From positions 653,100 through 717,099 of the forward strand of contig CAWCOL010000005.1 in the NCBI GenBank assembly GCA_963797175.1: DNA of 64,000 nt, written 5' to 3'. The DNA comes from an uncultured Actinomycetes bacterium. Its GTDB lineage: Bacteria > Actinomycetota > Thermoleophilia > Gaiellales > JAICJC01. Below the pieces are notes generated by a model. That model was not told the DNA's origin. It saw nothing but the letters and a program-made list of their open reading frames with translations, and made no database searches. The translations under genes were made by a program, and so were the position numbers. Below are positions 46,621 to 58,156 of the stretch, piece by piece; the first letter of the stretch is position 1; each line of letters starts with the position of its first letter.

Positions 46621-47043
46621 CTAGACCAGCTCGTCGGCCGAGAAGTAGATCGCGATCTCGCGCTCGGCGGACGCGGTCGAGTCCGAGCCGTGGACGATGT
46701 TCTGGCCGATCTCCAGCGCGTAGTCCCCGCGGATCGTGCCCGGTGCGGAGTCGAGCGGGTTGGTGGCGCCCATCATCGTGCGCACGGTGGAGACCGCCGC
46801 CGGCCCCTCGAGCACCATCGCGATCACGGGGCCGGACGTGATGAACTCGACCAGCTCCGGGAAGAACGGCTTGTCCGAGTGCTCCTCGTAGTGCGCGCCG
46901 GCCAGCACCTCGGTCACCCGCAGCAGCTTGAGGCCGCGCAGGGTCAGGCCGCGCTGCTCGAACCGCTGCAGGATCGCGCCGGAGAGCCGCCGCTCGAACG
47001 CGTCGGGCTTGATCATCACGAACGTCCGCTCGACATCGGGCAC
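46621..47043 (-). CDS. ndk: nucleoside-diphosphate kinase
   Basis: 140-aa ORF ...[16 protein letters not shown]...NIVHGSDS... This is canonical NDK. Confidence 0.95.
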   Translation of the reverse strand: MPDVERTFVMIKPDAFERRLSGAILQRFEQRGLTLRGLKLLRVTEVLAGAHYEEHSDKPFFPELVEFITSGPVIAMVLEGPAAVSTVRTMMGATNPLDSAPGTIRGDYALEIGQNIVHGSDSTASAEREIAIYFSADELV

Positions 47044-47061
47044 GGGGCGCTCCTGTCAGTC

Positions 47062-47628
47062 TTAGGCTTCGGTGGTGGTGCGCTGCGAGACCGGGTCGCG
47101 CATCGTCCGGCCGGTGCCCGGTGCGGGCGGCGCCGATACGGCCGTCTCACAGTAGGGGCACAGGCGCCAGTCGGGGTCGAGCGGCGCCTTGCACCGGCGG
47201 CACGCATTCTTCAGCTTGGTGCCGCAGTGCGGGCAGGAGAGGAACCCGGGATCGGCCGCGTTGCGGCAGTAGGGGCACACCTGGTCGGCACCGAGCCGGC
47301 GCCGCATCGCCTGGATCTCGAGCTCGCGCTCGTGCACGTCCTCGAGGTACTCCGGCGGGCGCAGCAGCAGATAGATGATCACGCCCAGCGGGCCGAACAG
47401 GACGGCCGCGGCCACGCACACGCCGACGATCACCGGGTCGTCGATGCGGCGCCGCGCATCCTTCGCCGTCCAGAACGCGAGGGCCAGCCACATGGCGATC
47501 GCGAACAGCGCCGTGACCCGGATCAGGGCGACGAACCACCCCGATGAGAAGAAGTCGCTGACGCCCGAGAACGGGCCCGAATCGGACGAGGCCGCGCTGG
47601 ATGTGTCGAGAAGGGGCACGATTGGCAT
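47062..47628 (-). CDS. membrane protein with C-terminal double zinc-ribbon
   Basis: 188-aa ORF with two TM helices, then CPYCRNAADPGFLSCPHCGTKLKNACRRCKAPLDPDWRLCPYCE. Confidence 0.65.
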   Translation of the reverse strand: MPIVPLLDTSSAASSDSGPFSGVSDFFSSGWFVALIRVTALFAIAMWLALAFWTAKDARRRIDDPVIVGVCVAAAVLFGPLGVIIYLLLRPPEYLEDVHERELEIQAMRRRLGADQVCPYCRNAADPGFLSCPHCGTKLKNACRRCKAPLDPDWRLCPYCETAVSAPPAPGTGRTMRDPVSQRTTTEA

Positions 47629-47702
47629 GCGGACCTTCCGCTCAGTCTAGGTGGCACACCGGTCGGCACGCAATGCACGCGCGCACTCGCAGGCCCCGGC
47701 GT

Positions 47703-48831
47703 TCAGTCATTCAGGTCCTGGAGAAGATACAGGGAGCCGCAGACGACAACGGCTCCACGCGGCCCGGCGAGGGTGCGGGCGGCGTCCAGCGCCTCGTGCG
47801 GATCGGCCGTGGAGGCGCCCCCGGTGATCCGCTCCAGCTCGGCAACGGGCATCGCCCGGTCGCTCGACGTCTGCGTCGCGATGATGGTCGGGCAGACCGT
47901 CCGCAGCAGGGACACCATGTCCGAGACGTCCTTGTCGGCGAGCGCGGCGAACACCGCCACCGCGGGCCGGTCGCCGAGCAGCGCCGGCAGCTCGGAGACG
48001 AGCCGCGCCATCCCCGCCGGGTTGTGGGCGCCGTCCCAGACCTCGAGCGGCGAGCCGCGGCGGACCTCGAGCCGGCCGGGGATGTGCATGCGCTCGATCG
48101 GGGCCGGGGAGACCGGCCGGCCCAGCGCCGCCTCGACCGCCGCCCGGGCGACCGCGCGGTTCTGCTCCTGGTAGCTGCCGCCGACCGCGACCACCAGCGT
48201 GCGCGACGCCTGCGGCACGCGATTCTCCCAGCCCGGCTCGCCGAAGACGACGATGCCGTCCGCCGGGACGACGGCGAGCTTCTCGGCGGCGATCGCCTCG
48301 CGGGTGTCGCCCAGCAGGTCGACGTGCTCGAGCGTGACGTTGGTCAGCACCTGGACGCGCGAGCGGGGCAGCACGTTGGTGGCGTCCAGCCTGCCCCCCA
48401 GCCCCGCCTCGACGACCGCCCACTCGACGCCGGCCCGGGCGAAGGCGAGCAGCGCCGCGCCGGTCAGCGCCTCGAACTGCGTGACGCTCGTCGCCGACGC
48501 GTCACGCACCGCCAGCACCGCCTCCTCGTACGCCGTGGCGTCGATCGTCTCGCCGCCGATCCGGATCCGCTCGCGGAAGGTGGTGATGTGCGGCGACACG
48601 TACGACGCCGGTGGCGACCCCCTCGGCCTGGAGCAGCGCCTCGCAGAACCGCACGGTGGAGGACTTGCCGTTCGACCCGACCACGTGGATCGCGTCGAAC
48701 TCGCGCTCCGGGTTGCCCAGCCGGTCGAGCAGCGTGCGCATGCGGTCGAGCCCGAACCGCATCCCGAACAGGCTGAGCGAGGCGATGTACTGCTCGGCCG
48801 GCGTCGTCGCGTCGCTCACCGAGGGGCTCAC
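47703..48831 (-). CDS. folC: bifunctional folylpolyglutamate synthase/dihydrofolate synthase, reading frame broken once near 48603
   Basis: The GTG at 48831 overlaps the valS stop (GTGA). The N-terminus ...FGMRFGLDRMRTLLDRLGNPEREFDAIHVVGSNGKSSTV...GVATGV is in one frame. YVSPHITTFRERIRIGGE... to the end is in the 47703..48599 frame. The junction reads ggcgtcGtacgtg. Confidence 0.85.
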
Positions 48832-51354
48832 CCGCCGTCGAGCCGCCGCTCGAGCTCCGCCACCTCGGCGGCCCAGCGCTCGGCCTTGGCGCGCTCGGCC
48901 TCGACCAGCTGCGCCGGGGCGCGGCCGGTGAATCCCTCGTTCGCCAGCTTGGCGGCCGCCCGGTCGTGCTCGGTGCGGGCCGCGGCCAGGCGCCGTTCGA
49001 TCTCGGGCCGGTCGTCCACCAGGATCCGCGGCACCTCGGCCTCGCCGGTCACCTGCGCGCGGCGGATGCGGGCGAGCAGGCGGCGCAGCGTCATGTCCTG
49101 CGGCACCGCCACCGGCACATCGCCGGCCGCGGCCAGCCGCCGCACCTCGGTGACGAACGCCATCTCCTGCTCGACCCGCGCCTCCAGCGCCTCGTCGCGA
49201 TGCTCCGCGGCCGGCTCCGGGAACGGCGAGCACATCAGCAGCTCGCGCTCGCCGGGCAGGAACCGCCAGATCTCCTCGGTCACGAACGGCATCACCGGGT
49301 GCGCCAGCGCCACCGTCCGCTCCAGCACCCAGAGCAGGTTGGCCGACGCTGCGGCGGCAGCCTCGCCCCCGTCCGCCAGGCGCAGCTTGACCTCCTCCAG
49401 GTACCAGTCGCAGAGGTCGTTCCAGATGAACGCGTAGAGCTCCTTGACCGCGCCGGCGAAGTCGTAGCCGTCGATCAGCCGCAGCACGTCGGCGCTCGCC
49501 CCGGCCAGCCGGGAGAGGATCCAGCGGTCGGCGGGCTCGGCCTGCGACGGCTCCGGCACCACGCCGCCGTCGATCCCGAGCAGCGCGAACCGGGAGGCGT
49601 TCCACAGCTTGTTGGCGAGCTTGGAGCCCTCCTCGATCATGCCCTCGGCGAAGCGCACGTCCTGCGTCGAGCTCATCTTGAGCAGGCCGTAGCGCGTCCC
49701 GTCGGCGCCGTAGCGGTCGACCAGGTCGAGCGGGTTGACGCCCGTGCCCAGCGACTTGGACATGCGGCGGCCGTCCGCGCGCCTGGATGACCGAGTTGAT
49801 GACCACGTCGGTGAACGGGATCTCGCCGCAGAACTCGATGCCGAGCATCACCATCCGCGACACCCACAGGTTGATGATCTCGCGGGCCGTGACCAGCGCG
49901 TTGCCCGGGTAGAAGGCGCGCAGCCGCTCCGTCTGCTCGGGCCAGCCCAGCGTCGCGAACGGCCACAGGCCGGACGAGAACCACGTGTCCAGCACGTCCT
50001 CGTCGCGCACCAGCTCGACGGAGCCGCACGTCCCGCACGCGTCCGGCGTCGAGGTGCGCACGGTGACGTGGCCGTCGGGGCAGTACCAGACCGGGATCTG
50101 GTGCCCCCACCAGAGCTGCCGGGAGATGCACCAGGGGCGGATCTGCTCCATCCAGTGGAAGAACGTGCCGGCCTGGGACTCCGGGTGGAAGCGCACACGG
50201 CCGCTGCGCACGGCGTCGATCGCCGGCGCCGCCAGCTCCTGCATCTCGCAGAACCACTGGAGCGAGATCAGCGGCTCGATGCGGTCGCCGCTGCGGTCGC
50301 AGTGGCCCACCTCGTGCTCGTAGGGGTGCTCCTCCTTGAGCAGCCCGAGCTGGAAGAGCCGGTCGACCACGCCCTGCCGCGCGCCGGCGGCCGTCAGCCC
50401 CGCGAACTCGCCGGCGGCCTCGTTCATGCGGCCGTCGAAGCCGATCACGGACAGCTCCTCGAGCCCGTGCCGGCGGCCGATCTCGAAGTCGTTGGGGTCG
50501 TGGCCGGGCGTCACCTTGAGCGCGCCGGTGCCGAAGTCCATCTTCACGTACTCGTCGGCGATGATCGGCACCTCGCGATCGACGATCGGCACGATGGCGG
50601 TGCCGCCCACCAGGTGGCGGTAGCGCTCGTCGTCGGGGTGCACGGCCACGGCGGTGTCGGCCAGGATCGTCTCGGGCCGCACCGTCGCCACCACCAGGAA
50701 CTCGGTCGTGCCCGTGATCGGGTAGCGCACCTCGTAGAGCGTGTCGGCGGCGTGCTCGTAGCGCACCTCGAGGTCGGAGATCGCCGACGCACAGCTCGGG
50801 CACCAGTTGACGATCCGGTTGCCGCGGTAGATCCAGCCCTTCTCGTAGAGGCCGACGAACACCTCGGTCACGGCCCGCGCGTAGGCGTCGTCCATCGTGA
50901 ACCGCTCGTGGTCGTAGTCCATCGCGCAGCCGAGCCGCTTGAACTGCTGGATGATGGCCGCCCCGTACTGGCTCCGCCACTCCCACACCCGCTCGACGAA
51001 CGCCTCGCGGCCGAGGTCGTAGCGCGTGCTGCCGGCGGCGCGCAGCTGCTTCTCGACCACGTTCTGGGTGGCGATGCCGGCGTGGTCGGTGCCGCAGATC
51101 CAGAGCGTCTCGAAGCCCTGCATGCCGCGCAGCCGGATCAGCGCATCCTGGATCGTCCCGTTCAGCGCGTGGCCCATGTGCAGCTCACCCGTCACGTTGG
51201 GCGGCGGCACGGCGATCACGTACGGCGGCCGGTCCGACGCCGGGTCGGCCGAGAAGGCGTCGGCGGCCTCCCACGCGGCGAACACGCGCGCCTCCACGTC
51301 GCCCGGCTCGTAGCGGCTGCGGTCGTGCAGCTCCTGGGTGTCGGTGGAGGCCAT
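48828..51354 (-). CDS. valS: valine--tRNA ligase, reading frame broken once near 49776
   Basis: ATG at 51354 (MASTDTQELHDRSRYEPGDVEARV...PPPNVTGELHMGHAL...) runs to ...FTDVVINSVIQAR. DGRRMSKSLGTGVNP... through the C-terminal coiled coil continues in the 48828..49763 frame. The junction reads gcgcgcGgacggc. Confidence 0.9.
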
Positions 51355-51381
51355 GAACGCTGATTGTAGTGTTGGGGGTCG

Positions 51382-52242
51382 ATGCGCCGACCGTCCCCCG
51401 TCGCCGTTGTCTGGGCGCTGCACGCTGCCACGGCGGCCGCGATCGGCGCCACCCACTCCCGGGTTCCCGCGGAGCGCCTGTACAACAGCCGCCGCGGCGG
51501 CCTCTCCCGCGTGCTGGTGTTCGCGTGCTACCCGACCGCCGTCGCGGCGGTCGCCGCGCTGCCCTCCGGCCGCGGCCGGCTGCGCTGGGCGGCGCTGCCG
51601 CTGTGCGCGACCGCGGCGCTGCCCGGCGTCGTGGACGAGCACCACCTGGACGGCCGCCCCCGCAACCTGCCGGCGGCGGCGGGCGTGCTGCTGGCCGCCG
51701 CGGCGACGCTGCCGGGGCCGCCCGCGGATCCGGGCGTGGCGCCCCACCGCGCCGCCGGCATGGTGCTCGCGACCGGCCTGGCCGCGGTCTCGGCGCCATG
51801 GGTGCTGGCCGACCTCGGCATCCAGACGACGGGCATGCGCCGGCCCTCGCCCGGCGAGCCCGGCATCGACCGCGTGCACCTCGGCCACCACGAGGGGCTG
51901 GACGGCGCGCTGCTGGCGTGGGACGCGCTGATCCTGTCGCGGCGCCCGACCGGCCGGCTGCACGGCTGGTTCCTGGCGCTGATGCTGACCTACGGCGTCG
52001 CGGTGGCCGCGCAGGACGCATGGCTCGAGCAGGTGGTCAAGCCCGGCTGGACCGACCGGCGGCTGCCGGACGTCGCGCGCCCGGCTCCCACCCGCGCCTG
52101 GGCGGCCCTGCTGGCGGCGACGCCGCTCGCGCGGCTGCTGCTCAGCGGCGGCCGGCGGCGGCCGCGGCCAGCACGGCGCGGGTTGCGTCGGCGCCGAAGC
52201 GCTGCGCCGTGCCGTCCTGGTCGCCCTCGGTGTAGATCGTGA
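51382..52242 (+). CDS. hypothetical polytopic membrane protein
   Basis: 286-aa ORF with high GC3 and several hydrophobic segments. The last 100 nt or so overlap the convergent beta-lactamase-like locus, so the true 3' end is uncertain. Confidence 0.5.
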   Translation: MRRPSPVAVVWALHAATAAAIGATHSRVPAERLYNSRRGGLSRVLVFACYPTAVAAVAALPSGRGRLRWAALPLCATAALPGVVDEHHLDGRPRNLPAAAGVLLAAAATLPGPPADPGVAPHRAAGMVLATGLAAVSAPWVLADLGIQTTGMRRPSPGEPGIDRVHLGHHEGLDGALLAWDALILSRRPTGRLHGWFLALMLTYGVAVAAQDAWLEQVVKPGWTDRRLPDVARPAPTRAWAALLAATPLARLLLSGGRRRPRPARRGLRRRRSAAPCRPGRPRCRS

Positions 52243-53245
52243 TCACCGCCGGGCCGTTGCGGGTGAAGACGATCGGCGACGTCGTTGTCGGTGTCGGTCC
52301 AGCCAGCCGATCTTGTGGGCGACCGGCAGCCCGCCGGCGCCGGCCGGGACGAGGCCCGGGTCCTGCGCGTGCACCATCAGGTACAGCAGCTCGCGCGCCT
52401 CGTGCGGGCTGACGCCGCTGGCGGGGCAGCGGCCCGCGGCCCGCGGCCGCGTCGGCCAGGTCGGCCGCCAGCTCGGCCATGTCGGCCGGCGTCGTGTGCT
52501 TGTACGGCGTCCGGCGGCGGATCGACGACCGTGATCGCCGGCGGGCCGCCGCCCGCGCCGACCAGGTAGCCGCCCTCCATGTACGTGTGCGTCAGCCCCA
52601 GCGACGCGGCAGAACGCGACCATCCGCGCCGCGCCGCCCGGCTCGCTGCCGCCGATCATCTCCAGCACCTCGTTCGCCGAGGCGTTGTCCGAGTAGCGCG
52701 TGATCGCGCAGGAACGGGTTCCAGTACGGCGTCGCCGACGGCTCGGTGTCGATCGTCGAGAGCGCGGTGAGCATCGCCGGCAGCTTCAGCGTGCTGGCCG
52801 CCTCGAACTGGCGCGCCCGCGTTGTACGCCGCCGCCGTCGCCGTCCGCGGTGCGCGCGTAGATGCCGACGTGCGGCGTCGCCTCGTCCGCCAGCGACCGC
52901 AGCCGCACGTCCAGCGGGCGGTCGTCGTCCGGCGCCGCCAGCGTCCGGATCGAGCCGCGCGGCACGCCGTAGACGGGCACCGCCTCCCGGCCGGCGACCG
53001 ACACGCGGAGGTCGCCCCGCGGCACCGGCGCCACGCAGCGCACGGAACGCGCCGTTCGCGCGCACCGGCACCGCCCAGCGGCGCCGCCCGGACGAGACGA
53101 CGACGGCCGATGTCCCGGCCGGCGCATGGCCGGCCACCGTGCCGTCCCAGATCTCGTAGGACGCCGGCTGCGCGACGACCACCGGCCCTGCGTGCGGCGG
53201 CGGCGGGCCGGCCACCGCGGCCAGCAGCAGGAGCAGGCGGATCAT
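52142..53245 (-). pseudogene. class A beta-lactamase-like serine hydrolase, at least 7 frame changes
   Basis: The pieces, in order: signal MIRLLLLLAAVAG, RARQFEAASTLKLPAMLTAL (SxxK), ITRYSDNASANEVLEMIGG (SDN), ...LPVAHKIGWL (K-x-G region), and ...IVFTRNGPAVITIYTEGDQ. They alternate among all three minus frames (ORFs 52592..53245, 52786..53127, 52243..52668, 52377..52580 and 52142..52480). Confidence 0.7.
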
Positions 53246-53280
53246 GGCCGTTCAGCCCGCGCGGGGGCGGCGCGAGCCGC

Positions 53281-54561
<1,281 letters not shown>

Positions 54562-54573
54562 CTGAGCGTCCCC

Positions 54574-55158
54574 CTAGTGATGCGCGATGACGCGGTCGAC
54601 GATGCCGTACTCGTTCGCCTCTTCGGCCGTCATGAAGTAGTCGCGCTCCGTGTCGCGCGTGACCTTCTCGATCGGCTGGCCGGTGTGGTCGGCGATGATC
54701 TGGTCGAGCCGCTTGCGGATGTCGATGATCTCGCGCGCGTGGATCTCGATGTCGGTCGCCTGGCCCTGGAATCCGGACGACACCTGGTGGATCAGGATCT
54801 TCGAGTTGGGCAGCGCCATCCGCTTGCCCTTCGCGCCGCCGGCCAGCAGCAGCGCGCCCATGCTCATCGCGATGCCGACGCAGATCGTCTGCACGTCCGG
54901 CTTCACGAACTGCATCGTGTCGTAGATCGCCAGGCCGGCGTAGACGCTGCCGCCCGGCGAGTTGACGTAGATCGAGATGTCCTTGTCCGGATCCTCGGAC
55001 TCGAGGTGCAGCAGCTGCGCCACGATCAGGTTCGCCACCTGGTCGTCGACCGGCGTGCCCAGGAAGATGATCCGCTCGTTCAGCAGCCGGGAGTAGATGT
55101 CGAACGCCCGCTCCCCGCGGGATGTCTGCTCGATGACCATTGGCACAAGTGGGCTCAC
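54574..55158 (-). CDS. clpP: ATP-dependent Clp protease proteolytic subunit
   Basis: 194-aa ORF ...[21 protein letters not shown]...[14 protein letters not shown]... with catalytic Ser/His context. Confidence 0.95.
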   Translation of the reverse strand: MSPLVPMVIEQTSRGERAFDIYSRLLNERIIFLGTPVDDQVANLIVAQLLHLESEDPDKDISIYVNSPGGSVYAGLAIYDTMQFVKPDVQTICVGIAMSMGALLLAGGAKGKRMALPNSKILIHQVSSGFQGQATDIEIHAREIIDIRKRLDQIIADHTGQPIEKVTRDTERDYFMTAEEANEYGIVDRVIAHH

Positions 55159-55169
55159 GCGCGCGTCTC

Positions 55170-56582
55170 CTAACTCGTTGCCGGCTCACCGGAGCCGGGC
55201 GTCCAGATTGCAGAGGGTGGTTTACCGCCTCCGGCCTCAGACTCCTGCTCCGGCGTCCACAGCTTCGCCCTCGCCTCTGCCTGCTCCGGCGAGATCTCTT
55301 TCGCGTTATCGACCGCAACGTCCAGAGCCTTTTGCATCCGCAGGTCAATCCGCAGCGCGGTCAGCGTTGCGGCGTCGCCCATCAGCCGGGAAACGGCGCT
55401 GTCGGCGTCCTCCTCGGCGGTCGCGGCCTGCTCGCGGATCCACTCCTCGATCCGCTCGTCGGTGATCTCGATGCCCTCGGCGTCGGCCACCGCCTCCAGC
55501 ACCAGATCCTTGGCCACGGCGTCCTCCGCCTCGGCCCGCAGCCGGGCGGCGAGGTCGTCGGAGGTCTGGCCCGTCATCGCCATGTACTGCTCGGTGGTGA
55601 GCCCGCGCTGGGCCAGCCCGTCCACCAGGCTGCGCAGCATCTCGGCCATCCGGCTGCGCACCAGCGCGTCGGGCAGCGGCGTGGCCAGCTCGCGGGCCAG
55701 CGAATCCAGCACCGACGAGCGGAAGATCTGGTCGGACTCGCCCTTCATCGCGCCGGCGATGCGCTCGGTGATGTCGGCCTCGAGCTCGGCGAGGGTGTCG
55801 AACTCGCTGACGCTCTTGGCGAACTCGTCGTCCAGCTCGGGCAGCTTCCGCTCCTTGACGTCCTTCATCGTGACGTGGAAGACGGCGGCCTTGCCGGCCA
55901 GGTCGTCCGACGGGTAGTCGGCGGGGAACATGACCGAGACGTCGCGCTCGTCGCCCGGCGACATGCCGGCCATGCCGCGCTCGAGGTCGGGCAGCAGCCT
56001 GCCGCCGCCCAGCTCGATGCCGTAGTCGGTGCCGCGGCCGCCCTCGAAGGCGGTGCCGTCCATCGAGCCGGCGAAGTCGATGACCAAGAAGTCGCCCTCC
56101 TGCGCGCCGCGCTCGACCGGCACCAGCTCGGCCACCGAGCCGCGCAGCCGCTCCAGCTCGGCGTCGATCGCCTCGCGGGGCGCGTCGGCCGGCATCCGCA
56201 CGCCGTCCACGCCCTTGTAGCTCTTCACCTCGGGCTTGGGCTTGACGTCGACCTCGGCCGAGAACGCGAACGGCGCGCCCTCCTCGGGGCCGTCGTCGAA
56301 GTCGATGGTGGGCCGCTCGACCGGGTCGATGCCCGCCACGGCGACGGCGCGCCGGTACCAGCCGTCGATGTGCGAGTCGAGCGCCTCCTCGCGCAGGGTG
56401 TCGGAGCCGATCCGCTGCTTGATCAGCGCGGCGGGCGCCTTGCCCTTGCGGAAGCCGGGCATCCGCACCGACTGCGACAGGTCGTGGAGCGCGTGCTCGA
56501 ACGCGTGATCGACGTCCGAAACCGGCACCTCGACGCTCAGGCGGACGCGGTTCTCGGGGAGTTCTTGTAGCGTGGTCTTCAT
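55170..56582 (-). CDS. tig: trigger factor
   Basis: 470-aa [23 protein letters not shown]...FRKGKAP... It is upstream of clpP-clpX. Confidence 0.95.
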   Translation of the reverse strand: MKTTLQELPENRVRLSVEVPVSDVDHAFEHALHDLSQSVRMPGFRKGKAPAALIKQRIGSDTLREEALDSHIDGWYRRAVAVAGIDPVERPTIDFDDGPEEGAPFAFSAEVDVKPKPEVKSYKGVDGVRMPADAPREAIDAELERLRGSVAELVPVERGAQEGDFLVIDFAGSMDGTAFEGGRGTDYGIELGGGRLLPDLERGMAGMSPGDERDVSVMFPADYPSDDLAGKAAVFHVTMKDVKERKLPELDDEFAKSVSEFDTLAELEADITERIAGAMKGESDQIFRSSVLDSLARELATPLPDALVRSRMAEMLRSLVDGLAQRGLTTEQYMAMTGQTSDDLAARLRAEAEDAVAKDLVLEAVADAEGIEITDERIEEWIREQAATAEEDADSAVSRLMGDAATLTALRIDLRMQKALDVAVDNAKEISPEQAEARAKLWTPEQESEAGGGKPPSAIWTPGSGEPATS

Positions 56583-56670
56583 CGGGACACGACGGGGACC
56601 TCCCCCGAATCCCTCTAACCTTAGACGTGAGCCGCCGGGTGCGCCACCAGCGGCACACCCGGCGGATCTC

Positions 56671-56835
56671 GATGGTTGACTCCATGGGATTCGTGGTTCT
56701 GGGAGCGGATCCAGCGTCGTCCAGACGGTGGGAGCGTCCGCCGGGCAGGCTGGATAAGCCTGTTCCAGGACGCTCGTGGCGTCTGGGCCTCGCCGGGCCC
56801 CTCACAGAAACGTGAGGCCCATGGAGTCAACCATC
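56671..56835. repeat. 165-bp element bounded by perfect 18-bp inverted repeats (MITE-like or structured RNA)
   Basis: gatggttgactccatggg (56671-56688) pairs with cccatggagtcaaccatc (56818-56835). There are nested internal helices: gagcgtcc/ggacgctc, caggct/agcctg and cctcac/gtgagg. A further hairpin, ccgccgggtg/cacccggcgg, lies at 56632-56665. Confidence 0.65.
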
Positions 56836-56849
56836 TTGGCCCCTGGGCG

Positions 56850-57252
56850 CTACGAGAAGGCGCCCGAGACGACCAGCGTGCCACCCGCCGTGCGGACGCG
56901 CACCTTCGAGCCGACGTGCACGGCCGGGACGCTCTGGCCGTTCTCCGTGTTGCGGTTGAGGTTGCCGTTGCCCAGCCGGTTGATGCGCATCATGCCGGCC
57001 AGCCGGCCGTCGATGAACACCTTCAGGCTGGTGCCCGCGAGCGGCTTCGCGTCCTCGACCTCGACCTGCAGCTCGCGCTCGTCGCCGCGCTGGCGGAAGT
57101 CGGCCTTGCCGTTCGGCGTTCGGGAACGCCGAGCTGCCGTGCAGGGCCGCCTGGAGCCGCGTGCCGGGGGCCGCGGCGGATGCCGGGCCGGCCACGGCGG
57201 CCATCGCGGCCAGGGCCAGGGCGAGCAGGACGACGGTTCGCAGAGTCTTCAT
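56850..57252 (-). CDS. small secreted beta-rich protein, frame broken by a 7-bp tandem duplication
   Basis: ATG at 57252 after GGAGGAG. Signal MKTLRTVVLLALALAAMAAVAGPASA. After ..SSAFPN the frame shifts. Removing one copy of ccgaacg restores ..FPNGKADFRQRGDERELQVEVEDAKPLAGTSLKVFIDGRLAG...TLVVSGAFS, ending at TAG 56850. Confidence 0.65.
57110..57123. repeat. 7-bp tandem duplication cgttcgg x2
   Basis: Read directly: cgttcgg occupies 57110-57116 and again 57117-57123, inside the small secreted protein gene. Confidence 0.85.
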
Positions 57253-57321
57253 GACTCCTCCTTCTGGGGATTGGATACACCCGCAACCACGAACGGGGGC
57301 GCCGACGGTTACAGTCCGCAC

Positions 57322-57711
57322 GTGGAGGAGGAGCGGCGGACCGGCATCGGCAGGCGCGCGCTGGACGATCCGATCGACGCCACGCGGCGCACCCGGCTCG
57401 CCAACGAGCGCACCTATCTGGCCTGGTGGCGTACCGGGCTGACGTCGCTCGCGGTCGGCCTGGGCGCGGGCAAGCTGGTGCCGGGGCTCTCGGACAGCGA
57501 CCACACCTGGGGCTACCAGGTCGTCGGCGCCGGATTCGCGCTGCTCGGGCTGGTCTGCATCGGCTACGCGATGCGCCGCCAGGACGAGGTCGAGCGGGCG
57601 CTCTCCAGCGGGCGGTTCGCGCCTCCCGACCGGCGGGTGACGCTGGCGCTGACGGCGATCGGGGTGCTGCTGGCGCTGGGCACGATGATCCTGATCATCA
57701 GCGGCATCTAG
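57322..57711 (+). CDS. DUF202 (YidH-like) membrane protein
   Basis: GTG at 57322 in the frame of the 56776..57711 ORF. ...RTRLANERTYLAWWRTGLTSLAVGLG... is the DUF202 signature. Three TM helices. Confidence 0.7.
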   Translation: MEEERRTGIGRRALDDPIDATRRTRLANERTYLAWWRTGLTSLAVGLGAGKLVPGLSDSDHTWGYQVVGAGFALLGLVCIGYAMRRQDEVERALSSGRFAPPDRRVTLALTAIGVLLALGTMILIISGI

Positions 57712-57791
57712 GCAACGATGGGGAAACCCGGCATACGAGGTACGGCTAGCCGTATTCCCTGCGAGCGCGCCCTATGGCACGATTGTCGGGA

Positions 57792-58156
57792 ATGACCGAC
57801 ACCGTCCTGATCGTCGACGATCATCCCAGCTTCCGCGCATCGGCCCGGACGCTGCTCGAGTCGGAGGGGTTTCAAGGTGGTCGGCGAAGCGAATGACGGA
57901 GCCTCGGCGGTATCCGAGGTGCGCCGGCTGCTGCCCCTCGTTCGTGCTGCTCGACGTCCAGCTGCCGGACATGAACGGCTTCGATGTCACCCGCCTGCTG
58001 TGCAACTGCAACGGCGCCGCCCCGGTGGTCGTGCTGACCTCCAGCCGGGACGCCCGCGACTTCGGCCCGCTGGTCGAGCAGTGCGGCGCCCGCGGGTTCA
58101 TCCCCAAGGCCGACCTCTCGGGGGAGACGCTGCGAGCGCTGCTGCCGGAGGCATGA
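57792..58156 (+). pseudogene. single-domain (CheY-like) response regulator with two +1 frame breaks
   Basis: MTDTVLIVDDHPSFRASARTLLESEGFQ is in frame 0. VVGEANDGASAVSEVRRLLP is in frame +1. SFVLLDVQLPDMNGFDVTRLL...VVVLTSS...GARGFIPKADL is in frame +2. The breaks are at about 57876 (caaGgtg) and about 57934-57937 (cccc). Confidence 0.7.

Noticed and set aside
56671-56835. tRNA, tmRNA or other classical RNA gene in the inverted-repeat element
   Set aside because: There is no acceptor/T-arm cloverleaf and no GTTCRANYC T-loop motif. The 18-bp terminal helix is far longer than any tRNA stem.
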